Assembly (NCBI GenBank): GCA_964474045.1
Contig: CAYYRC010000013.1
Coordinates: forward strand, 20,413 to 84,412
DNA length: 64,000 nucleotides
DNA from: an uncultured Actinomycetes bacterium
GTDB lineage: Bacteria > Actinomycetota > Actinomycetes > S36-B12 > UBA10799
Direction of reading: 5' to 3'
Under the pieces are notes generated by a model that was not told the origin of the DNA, made no database searches, and worked only from the letters and a program-made list of their open reading frames with translations. A program made the translations under genes and the position numbers. Shown in pieces: positions 50,731 to 58,193 of the stretch. Positions within the stretch are counted from its first letter, which is position 1. The number at the start of each line of letters is the position of its first letter.

Positions 50731-52428
50731 ATGAGCGAGCCGATCAGCGGGCACGGCGGCCATCACATGGTGGCGGCGGCGCAGGCCTACGGGGTGCGGA
50801 CGCTGTTCACCCTGAGCGGAGCCCACGTCTTCCCGCTCTATGACGCGGCTGTCGGCGGACCGGCGGGCTACGACGCCGCAGGCCGCGACAACGCCGCAGC
50901 CCTGGCCGGCGGCCCGATGCGGGTGGTGGACACCCGGCACGAGGCCACCGCCGTGTTCGCCGCCGAGGGCACGGCGAAGCTCACCCGCACCCCGGGCTTC
51001 GCGGCGCTCACGGCCGGCCCCGGCGTCACCAACGGCGTCAGCGGACTCGCCTCGGCGTACTTCAACGGCGTCCCCATGCTCGTGGTCGGCGGCCGCGCCC
51101 CGGCCTTCCGCTGGGGCACCGGGGCGCTGCAGGAGATCGACCACGTGCCCCTGGTCGCACCCGTCACCAAGGTCGCGCGGACGCTCTCCGACCCCGCCAC
51201 GATCGGCTCCGACACCGCCACCCTCCTGGCCGAGGCCATCGCGGCGCATCCCGGGCCGGTGTTCGCCGACGTCCCCATGGACCGCTTCTACAGCCCGGCC
51301 GAGGCCCCGGCGGCACACCCGGTGCACCTGCCACGGGCTGCCGCGGACCCCGCGGACATCGCCGAGATCGCCACTCTCCTGGCTGCTGCGGAGCGCCCGG
51401 TTCTGGTCCTGGGCTCAGACGTCTGGATGTCCGGCGCCGACACCGCGGCGCGTTCATTCGCCGAGTCCACCGGCCTGCCGGTGATCGCCAACGGGATGGC
51501 CCGCGGCATCCTGCCGCGCGGCCACGACCTGCTCGTCACCCGCGCCCGCGGGGCGGCCTTCGCCGGCGCGGACCTGGTGGTGGTGGCAGGGACCCCGCTG
51601 GATTTCCGACTGGGGTACGGCAAGTTCGGGGAGCCCCCCGCGCCGGTGGTGCACCTGACCGACGCGCTGGACCAGGTATCGCTGCATGCCCTGCCCCGCG
51701 CCACCGCCGTGGGCGACTTGAGCAACACGTTCGAGTCGTTGACCCGCGCACTGACGACCGGGGAGTACGCCGGCGGTGCCGACCATGGAGCGTGGGCGAA
51801 GGGCCTGCGCACGCAGGCCGCAGCCGCGATCGCCGCGGACGCAGGGCTGCTGGCCAGCGACACCGACCCGATCCATCCCGCCCGCATCTACGGCGAGCTG
51901 CTCCCCAGGCTCACCGACAACACGATCGTCATCGGTGACGGCGGGGACTTCGTGTCGTTCGCCGGCAGGTTCATCGAACCGGCGCGCCCCGGCCGCTGGC
52001 TGGACCCTGGCCCCTACGGCTGCCTGGGCACCGGGCTGGGGTACGCGTTGGCCGCCGGCACGGCCTTTCCCGACGATCCATGCGTGCTGCTGCTGGGCGA
52101 TGGCGCGGCCGGGTTCTCGCTCATGGACGTCGACACCCTGGTGCGCCACGGCATCCCCACCGTCATGGTCATGGGCAACAACGGGGCCTGGGGCCTGGAG
52201 AAGCACCCGATGCGCCTGCTGCACTCCTACGACGTCGCGGCGGACCTGCAGCCGGGGCTGCGCTACGACGATGTCGTGCGCGCGCTGGGGGGCGCCGGGG
52301 AGGTGGTCACCCGGCCGGCGGACATCGGGCCGGCACTGGACCGCGCCTTCGCGGCTGGGGTCCCCTATCTGGTCAACGTCCTGACCGACCCGGAGGCCGC
52401 CTACCCGCGCTCCACCACCGGGCTGTAG
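50731..52428 (+). CDS. thiamine-diphosphate-dependent enzyme (acetolactate synthase / oxalyl-CoA decarboxylase family)
   Basis: 565-aa ORF with a strong RBS (GAGGAGGAGGAAC then ATG). ThDP-family pattern: HEATAVFAAEG, TAGPGVTNG, the ThDP-binding GDGAAGFS...NNGAWG. Confidence 0.85.
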   Translation: MSEPISGHGGHHMVAAAQAYGVRTLFTLSGAHVFPLYDAAVGGPAGYDAAGRDNAAALAGGPMRVVDTRHEATAVFAAEGTAKLTRTPGFAALTAGPGVTNGVSGLASAYFNGVPMLVVGGRAPAFRWGTGALQEIDHVPLVAPVTKVARTLSDPATIGSDTATLLAEAIAAHPGPVFADVPMDRFYSPAEAPAAHPVHLPRAAADPADIAEIATLLAAAERPVLVLGSDVWMSGADTAARSFAESTGLPVIANGMARGILPRGHDLLVTRARGAAFAGADLVVVAGTPLDFRLGYGKFGEPPAPVVHLTDALDQVSLHALPRATAVGDLSNTFESLTRALTTGEYAGGADHGAWAKGLRTQAAAAIAADAGLLASDTDPIHPARIYGELLPRLTDNTIVIGDGGDFVSFAGRFIEPARPGRWLDPGPYGCLGTGLGYALAAGTAFPDDPCVLLLGDGAAGFSLMDVDTLVRHGIPTVMVMGNNGAWGLEKHPMRLLHSYDVAADLQPGLRYDDVVRALGGAGEVVTRPADIGPALDRAFAAGVPYLVNVLTDPEAAYPRSTTGL

Positions 52429-52821
52429 CTACTGCGCCAGGAAGCGTGCGCGGTCGACCAGCGCACGGGTGATGGTGCCCTGGGCGATGGGCTGGCCATC
52501 GGCGATGTGGCTGGCGCTGACAGCGAAGGTCTGGCGGCTGCCCTGGTGCGAGGTCAGCACCGCAGTGCACTCGACCTCCGCACCCACCGGGCTCGCGGCC
52601 AGGTGCGTGACGGCGACCCGGGTGCCCACCGACACCTTCCCGTCCGGCGGCTCCAGAACGGCCAGCGTGGCGGCCTCCAGCCATGCCACCAGGACCGGGG
52701 TTCCCAGCACGTCGACCGTTCCGGACCCCACGGCCACGGCGGTGTCCGAAGGCCCCACTGTGCGGGCCAACCGCGCGGAGGGGAGGTCCTCGGGGGCGCC
52801 CGCGGCGCTGTGCTGTTCCAT
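52429..52821 (-). CDS. hotdog-fold thioesterase (FlK-like family)
   Basis: The 3-prime part of ORF 52429..53253, from ATG 52821, 130 aa. The pattern VLGTPVLVAWLEAA...VGTRVAVTHLAASPVGAEV...GTITRALV is colinear with fluoroacetyl-CoA-thioesterase-like proteins as I recall them. Confidence 0.65.
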   Translation of the reverse strand: MEQHSAAGAPEDLPSARLARTVGPSDTAVAVGSGTVDVLGTPVLVAWLEAATLAVLEPPDGKVSVGTRVAVTHLAASPVGAEVECTAVLTSHQGSRQTFAVSASHIADGQPIAQGTITRALVDRARFLAQ

Positions 52822-52872
52822 CAGCGGCAGGGTAGCCGCCGCCCCAGTCGGACCGTGCGGCACCATGGGCCA

Positions 52873-53079
52873 ATGGCCGACTTCGACCCCGCCCTCGGGC
52901 CCTACTGCGAGTACTGCGGCGCGCCCGGCGACGACCACGCCGCCTGCCTCCGCGCGCTCGAACTCGAGCCGCCGCGCTACTGCCGGATCTGCGGACGCCG
53001 CATGGTGGTGCAGGTGCTGCCCGCGGGCTGGCGGGCGACCTGCTCGCGCCATGGCACGGCGTCGGTCATCAAGGAGTAG
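52873..53079 (+). CDS. Cys/His-rich zinc-ribbon-like micro-protein (68 aa)
   Basis: The 3-prime end of ORF 52507..53079, from ATG 52873: MADFDPALGPYCEYCGAPGDDHAACLRALELEPPRYCRICGRRMVVQVLPAGWRATCSRHGTASVIKE. Ligand candidates are C12, C15, H22, C25, C37, C40, C57 and H60. Nearly all codons end in G/C. Confidence 0.65.
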   Translation: MADFDPALGPYCEYCGAPGDDHAACLRALELEPPRYCRICGRRMVVQVLPAGWRATCSRHGTASVIKE

Positions 53080-53111
53080 TCCAGGCGCCGCAGTTGGCGA
53101 TAACGTGAACT

Positions 53112-54473
53112 GTGAGCATGTACAACCAGCCCGCTGCTGCCGGTGACTCCCCTTTCGGCCCCCCCGGCGGCGCCCCCAGCCCCGGCGGCGGGGCCGCACC
53201 CCCGGCGGCACCGACCCTGCCACCCCGCCGGCCCACCCCCCAGCCGACTGCACAACCCGCTGCCCCAGCCCCTACGCCGCCACCCCCGCGCCCGACCGTC
53301 CCACCCGCCGCCGCCCCCCAGGTCCCGGTGCGATCTCAGCCGGGGAAGGCCCGCAAGGTGTCCGCCGACGCCATTCGAACCGCCGATCCGGATGCCGCCC
53401 CGGACATCGACGTCTACCTGCGCGCGCTGGTCGAGCTCGGCGGCTCGGACCTGCACATCAAGGCCGACTGCCCGCCCCGCGTGCGCGTCGACGGCACGCT
53501 GGTGGAGCTCAACGTCCCCGACCTCAGCATCGATGACTGCGAGGACCTGGTGGCGCAAGTCATCCGCGAGGATCAGATCGAGCCCTTCGCGCGCACCAAC
53601 GAGGCGGACTTCGCCTACCAGCGCGACGACGTCGGCCGCTTCCGCGTCAACGCCTTCCGGCAGCGCGGCGCGGCGGGCATGGTGTTCCGCCATGTCAGCA
53701 TCGGCGCCCCGAGCCTGGAGTCGCTCGGCGTGCCCGATCCGCTCTACCCGCTGGCGCTCGAGCCCCGCGGCCTGGTCCTCGTCACCGGTCCCACCGGGTC
53801 CGGGAAGACCACGACCCTGGCCGGCATGATCGATCACATCAACCTGCACCGGTCGGTCAACATCGTCACCATCGAGGACCCGATCGAGGTCATCCACCAC
53901 GACAAGATGGCCATGGTCAACCAGCGCGAGGTCGGCATGGACACCGGCGGCTTCCTCACCGCCCTGCGCGGCGCCATGCGCCAGGACCCCGACGTCATCC
54001 TGGTCGGCGAGATGCGCGACGCCGAGACGGTCAAGGCCGCCCTGGCCGCCGCCGAGACCGGCCACTTCGTCATGTCCACCCTGCACACGGTGGACGCCCA
54101 GGAGACGGTCAACCGCATCATCGACTTCTTCCCGCCGCACGAGCAGCAGCAGATTCGCTTCGCACTGGCCGGGGCCCTGCGCGGCATCCTGTGCCAGCGG
54201 CTGGTGAAGAAGGCCTCCGGCAAGGGTCGCGCGGTAACCATGGAGATCGCGATCAACACCGGCCGCATCGCCGACGCGATCACCGACGCCGCCAAGACCT
54301 CGACGATCATGCAGCTGGTGCGCGACGGCGGCTACTACGGGATGCAGACCTTCGACCAGCATCTGATCGCGCTGTACCAGCAGGGGACCATCACGCTGGA
54401 GACCGCGATCGACGCGTCCACCAGCCCGCACGACATGCAGGTCGAGATGCGCAAGCAGGGCATCGTCGGGTAG
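53112..54473 (+). CDS. pilT: PilT-family (type IV pilus retraction-type) hexameric ATPase
   Basis: 453-aa ORF with Walker A GPTGSGKTTT, Walker B DVILVGEMRD, His box TGHFVMSTLHT and the N-terminal GGSDLHIK motif. The first 82 codons are Pro-rich. An alternative start at GTG 53358 (GGGGAAGG upstream) would give a canonical 371-aa PilT. Confidence 0.85.
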   Translation: MSMYNQPAAAGDSPFGPPGGAPSPGGGAAPPAAPTLPPRRPTPQPTAQPAAPAPTPPPPRPTVPPAAAPQVPVRSQPGKARKVSADAIRTADPDAAPDIDVYLRALVELGGSDLHIKADCPPRVRVDGTLVELNVPDLSIDDCEDLVAQVIREDQIEPFARTNEADFAYQRDDVGRFRVNAFRQRGAAGMVFRHVSIGAPSLESLGVPDPLYPLALEPRGLVLVTGPTGSGKTTTLAGMIDHINLHRSVNIVTIEDPIEVIHHDKMAMVNQREVGMDTGGFLTALRGAMRQDPDVILVGEMRDAETVKAALAAAETGHFVMSTLHTVDAQETVNRIIDFFPPHEQQQIRFALAGALRGILCQRLVKKASGKGRAVTMEIAINTGRIADAITDAAKTSTIMQLVRDGGYYGMQTFDQHLIALYQQGTITLETAIDASTSPHDMQVEMRKQGIVG

Positions 54474-54549
54474 CCGCGGCGCGATTCTGGTTGGATACCG
54501 TCAAGGTCCGCCCGTGCGGACCGTACAGATCGCTACGGCAGGAGGATCC

Positions 54550-54768
54550 ATGGCCGAGGTTCGCTCAGAGTTGACCGCGAACGTCTGGAAGGTGCTCGTC
54601 GCCGAGGGCGATCAGGTGACCGACGGGGACACGCTGGTGATCCTGGAATCGATGAAGATGGAGATCCCGGTGATCGCGGAGGCCGACGGCAGGGTGTCAT
54701 CGCTCGCGGTGGCCGAGGGCGATGCGATCGACGAGGACGCGCTGATCGCCGTCATCGACGAGGGCTAG
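54550..54768 (+). CDS. biotin/lipoyl attachment domain protein (TB7.3-like biotin carboxyl carrier)
   Basis: The 3-prime part of ORF 54514..54768, from ATG 54550 (GGAGGA 3 nt upstream), 72 aa. The biotinylation motif is LESMKME, an (E/A)MKM variant. Confidence 0.85.
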   Translation: MAEVRSELTANVWKVLVAEGDQVTDGDTLVILESMKMEIPVIAEADGRVSSLAVAEGDAIDEDALIAVIDEG

Positions 54769-56102
54769 GCGCGCATCCGCCCGATGATCCCGGTGGTGTA
54801 GTCGCCGCTGACGAACTCGTGCTCGGCGAGGAGCTCGACGAAAAACGGCAGGTTGTTCTTCGGCCCCTCGACGTGGAAGGCCGCCACGGCCGCTCTGGCC
54901 CGGGCGAGCATCGCCTCGCGGGTGTCGCCCCACACCACCAGTTTGGCCAGCAGCGGGTCGTAGAACGGCGTGACCTTGTTGCCGGCCCGATACCCGGCGT
55001 CCACCCGGATGTGCTCGCCGTTGGGCTCTTCCCAGCGGGTGATGGTGCCCGGCCGCGGCAGGAAGCGCTGCGGGTCCTCGGCGTACACGCGCAGCTCAAG
55101 GGCGTGCCCCTGCGGGGCCGGCGGCTCGCTGCCGAAAGTCGGCTCCAGGCCGGCGGCGATCCGCAGCTGCTCGGCGACCAGGTCCAGGCCGGTCACCATC
55201 TCGGTCACCGGGTGCTCGACCTGCAGCCTGGTGTTCATCTCCAAGAACCACACGTCGCCGGTCGCGGTGTCCAGCAGCAGCTCGACCGTGCCGGCGTTGC
55301 GGTAGCCGACAGCCTCGCCGGCGGCGACGGCGATGGCCCGCAGCCGCTCGCGGAGCTCCTGGCCGACGGCTGGCGAGGGGCTCTCCTCGGCCACCTTCTG
55401 GTGCCGGCGCTGAACGCTGCAGTCCCGCTCCCCCAGCGCCACGACCCGGCCGTCGGCCAGGCCGAGAACCTGCACCTCGATATGCCGTGCGGAGGCGACG
55501 AAGCGCTCCACCAGCAGCGCCGGATCGGCGAAGAACCGCTCGGCCCGGCTGCGCGCGGTGTCGAACGCGGCGCCGAGCTCCTCCGGATCGCCGGCCACCG
55601 ACATGCCGATCCCACCGCCGCCGGCGCTGGCCTTCACCATCACCGGGTACCCGATGCGCTCAGCCTCGGCGAGGGCCTCGGCAGCGGTGTGCAGCGGAAC
55701 GTCACTACCGGGCGCGACCGGCACCCCGGCGGCGGCCATCGTGTTGCGCGCCGCCACCTTGTCGCCCATCGCCCGCATGGCCGCCGGCGGGGGTCCGACC
55801 CAGATCAGGCCCGCGGCCATCACCCGCTCGGCGAAGTCCGCGCTCTCACTCAAGAAGCCGTACCCCGGGTGGATCGCATCCGCGCCGGTCTGCCGCGCGG
55901 CCGCGAGGATCGCGTCGGCGTCCAGGTAGGACTCCGCGGGCGCGGGCGGCCCGATCGGCACGGCGACATCCGCGTCGGCCACGAACGGCAGCTCGGCGTC
56001 AGCCTCCGAGTAGACGGCGACGGTGGTGATGCCCATGGCCGCGGCCGTGCGGATGATCCGGGCGGCGATCTCGCCCCGGTTGGCTACCAGCAGGGTCTGC
56101 AC
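54765..56102 (-). CDS. accC: biotin carboxylase (ATP-grasp, stand-alone, no fused carrier domain)
   Basis: 445-aa ORF: LLVANRGEIAARIIRT, HPGYGFLSE, GGGGIGM, LEMNTRLQVEHPVTE. It ends right after the BC C-terminal domain. Confidence 0.9.
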   Translation of the reverse strand: MQTLLVANRGEIAARIIRTAAAMGITTVAVYSEADAELPFVADADVAVPIGPPAPAESYLDADAILAAARQTGADAIHPGYGFLSESADFAERVMAAGLIWVGPPPAAMRAMGDKVAARNTMAAAGVPVAPGSDVPLHTAAEALAEAERIGYPVMVKASAGGGGIGMSVAGDPEELGAAFDTARSRAERFFADPALLVERFVASARHIEVQVLGLADGRVVALGERDCSVQRRHQKVAEESPSPAVGQELRERLRAIAVAAGEAVGYRNAGTVELLLDTATGDVWFLEMNTRLQVEHPVTEMVTGLDLVAEQLRIAAGLEPTFGSEPPAPQGHALELRVYAEDPQRFLPRPGTITRWEEPNGEHIRVDAGYRAGNKVTPFYDPLLAKLVVWGDTREAMLARARAAVAAFHVEGPKNNLPFFVELLAEHEFVSGDYTTGIIGRMRA

Positions 56103-56180
56103 GGGGAGCAGCGTAGCCGTCGGACCGGAAGCGCCGGTGTGCCAGGATGGCGCTCACCAGACTGCAGAAGGGAGCAATCC

Positions 56181-56255
56181 ATGAGCAAGCGAGGCCGCAA
56201 GAAGCGCGACCGCCGCAAGAAGGGCGCCAACCACGGCCGTCGGCCTAACAGCTGA
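56181..56255 (+). CDS. 50S ribosomal protein bL37 (24 aa)
   Basis: The C-terminal 24 codons of the artefactual ORF 54819..56255: MSKRGRKKRDRRKKGANHGRRPNS, with GGGAG 6 nt upstream. It matches my memory of the actinobacterial bL37 micro-protein (KRGRKK...ANHGKRPN). Confidence 0.65.
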   Translation: MSKRGRKKRDRRKKGANHGRRPNS

Positions 56256-56280
56256 CGCCGTGTGGCCGGCCGACCTCCTC

Positions 56281-56619
56281 CTACGCAGGGGGTCGGCCGC
56301 CGTCCGGCGGCGAGCCGACCCGGAAAGTCGTGATCGACGTGAATGAGCTGAAAGACCCCGGGGCCATGTCCAGCCGCCAGCGGCTGACCATCACCGACAC
56401 CCGGTCGCGGACGCTGTCCGGAACCACGTCGTGGGTGCAGGACCGACGCACGAGCAACTTGAGGTCCAGTTCCTCCTGAAACACCCTGCGGCACTCCCCG
56501 CATGCCAGCAGGTGGGACTCCACGCCCTCGGTCTCGCGATCGCAGAGCTCGCCGTCGATGAACTCGTCGACGTGGGCCATGATGGCCTGACACTGATAGG
56601 CGGGGCTCGGGCGGTTCAC
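56281..56619 (-). CDS. rshA: zinc-binding anti-sigma factor (ZAS; RshA/RsrA type)
   Basis: 112-aa ORF with the HxxxCxxC motif (ESHLLACGEC) plus an upstream Cys (YQCQ). The GTG start overlaps the sigH stop (GTGA). Confidence 0.85.
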   Translation of the reverse strand: MNRPSPAYQCQAIMAHVDEFIDGELCDRETEGVESHLLACGECRRVFQEELDLKLLVRRSCTHDVVPDSVRDRVSVMVSRWRLDMAPGSFSSFTSITTFRVGSPPDGGRPPA

Positions 56620-57341
56620 GGCTGCTCTCCTTCGCTCTCGCGCAGGTATCCCACATCTCGGGCGTGCTCCAACAGACTCTCGCGCAGGAGTTTGCGGCCG
56701 CGGTGCAGACGCGACATCACCGTGCCGACGGGGGTGCCCATGATCTCGGCGATCTCCTTGTAACGCATGCCCTCGACGTCGGCGAGCAGGACGGCCTGCC
56801 GGTAGTCCGGCGAGAGCGCAGCCAGCGCCTCGGTGACGACCTGCTCCGGGATGCCCTCGAGCACCTCGGTCTCGGTGGACCGCAGCCCGCGGGCGGTGTG
56901 CGTCTCGGCCCGGGCCATCTGCCAGTCCTCGACGGTGTCGGCGTCGGACAGCCGAGGCGTGCGCTGCGCCTTGCGGTAGTCGTTGATGTGCGCGTTGGTC
57001 TGGATCCGGAACAGCCAGGCCTTCAGGTTCGTGCCCGGCTGGTACTTGTCGAAGGCCTTGAAGGCCCGCTCGAAGGTGACCTGCACGAGGTCGGCGGCAT
57101 CCTCGGTGTTGCCGGTCAGCCGGAGGGCGTTGCCGTAGAGGACCGGCATGTACGTCTCTAGCACGCGCTCGAAGCGGGCGAGTCGGTCAGCGGCGCTCTC
57201 AGTGGCCACGTCGATGTCGGGCCGGTCGAAGTCCGCATCCGCATCCACGGTGAACGAGACTAGCGACGACAGCAGGTCCGCGCGGATCGGCGGCCCACCC
57301 GACTCCGTCGGACTGGGCGGGCTGGACAGGCGAACGCTCAC
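56616..57341 (-). CDS. sigH: ECF sigma factor SigH/SigR
   Basis: ORF 56616..57365. It reads GTNLKAWLFRIQTNAHINDYRK, DWQ..., GLRSTETEVLE and YKEIAEIMGTPVGTVMSRLHRGRK, close to Mtb SigH and S. coelicolor SigR as I remember them. I chose the start at GTG 57341 (AGGAGG 4 nt upstream). The N-terminal extension is uncertain. Confidence 0.9.
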   Translation of the reverse strand: MSVRLSSPPSPTESGGPPIRADLLSSLVSFTVDADADFDRPDIDVATESAADRLARFERVLETYMPVLYGNALRLTGNTEDAADLVQVTFERAFKAFDKYQPGTNLKAWLFRIQTNAHINDYRKAQRTPRLSDADTVEDWQMARAETHTARGLRSTETEVLEGIPEQVVTEALAALSPDYRQAVLLADVEGMRYKEIAEIMGTPVGTVMSRLHRGRKLLRESLLEHARDVGYLRESEGEQP

Positions 57342-57388
57342 ATGGCCTCCTGGCGGCAGGTGCACTCTGCTCGGTCGGTCATCTGTCC

Positions 57389-57415
57389 AACGCCGTCGGG
57401 GGGTGCTGCTATTCC
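57389..57415 (-). promoter_or_regulatory. SigH/SigR-type promoter (GGAAT-N19-GTT) upstream of sigH
   Basis: The minus strand reads GGAAT (57415..57411), then AGCAGCACCCCCCGACGGC, then GTT (57391..57389). This matches the published SigR/SigH consensus GGAAT-N18/19-GTT. It lies about 50 nt upstream of the proposed sigH start. Confidence 0.6.
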
Positions 57416-58155
57416 CGGCTGGCGGGCAGGGGGTCGAGCAGCTGCGGCCCGTTGTTGCGCACCGAGTTGACCGCGGTGGAGACGGGATAGGCCACCAGCG
57501 CCGCAGCGGTCGCGGCGGGGTCGAGCAGCGTGCCCGGGTCGCCGCCGAAGTCCGGGTCGAGCCAGTCCGCCCACACCCGCGGGTCCACGTCGATGGGCAT
57601 GCGGTCGTGGATCTGGCCCAGGCCGTCGGTCGCGGTGGTGGTCAGGATGGTCGCCGTCCACAGCCAGGCCGCGGGGTCGTCGGGATCCGCCGCCGGATCG
57701 CGCCAGATCTCGTAGAGCCCGGCCATCGCCAAGGTCCCGCCGTCGGCCCGGTGGATGAAGTACGGCTGTTTGCGCGGACGCCTGGGGCTGCCCTCATGAG
57801 CCGTGTCCGCGCTGCCGTGCCACTCGTAGTAGCCATCGGCGGGCAGCAGGGCGCGCCGATGTGCCCAGGCGCGCCGGAACGACGGCTTCTCGGCGGCAGT
57901 CTCCACCCGCGCATTCACCAGCCTGTGGCCGATGCTGCGGTCCTTGGCCCACGAGGGCACCAAACCCCAGACGACATCAGCCAGCAGCCGCTGCTGCCCG
58001 GGCAGGTCGTCGTAGCTGCGCTGCAGCACCGCATAGACGTGTTTGGTGGGGGCGACGTTGTAGTCCGCGGGGATGGTCGTGGCCGGCGGCCGGGTGACGC
58101 CGAACTCCTCGACGAGCTCCGCCGGGTCCTTGCTGCTCGCGTAGCGACCGCACAT
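57409..58155 (-). CDS. SOS response-associated peptidase (SRAP/YedK, DUF159)
   Basis: ORF 57409..58194. The start is set at ATG 58155 so that the protein begins MCGRY (catalytic Cys2). Further motifs are NVAPT, NARVET and DGYYEW. Confidence 0.9.
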   Translation of the reverse strand: MCGRYASSKDPAELVEEFGVTRPPATTIPADYNVAPTKHVYAVLQRSYDDLPGQQRLLADVVWGLVPSWAKDRSIGHRLVNARVETAAEKPSFRRAWAHRRALLPADGYYEWHGSADTAHEGSPRRPRKQPYFIHRADGGTLAMAGLYEIWRDPAADPDDPAAWLWTATILTTTATDGLGQIHDRMPIDVDPRVWADWLDPDFGGDPGTLLDPAATAAALVAYPVSTAVNSVRNNGPQLLDPLPASRE

Positions 58156-58193
58156 GCCAGCCGAGCCTACGCCTGCGCCACTACGCTGGGGCA

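Noticed and set aside
48952-51327. 791-aa minus-strand ORF and the 649-aa plus-strand ORF 48894..50843 across the bio operon
   Set aside because: Both are off-frame or antisense to bioD, bioB and the ThDP enzyme, which carry diagnostic motifs (P-loop, CxxxCxxC, ThDP-binding). Their translations are Arg/Pro/Gly-rich with no domain pattern.
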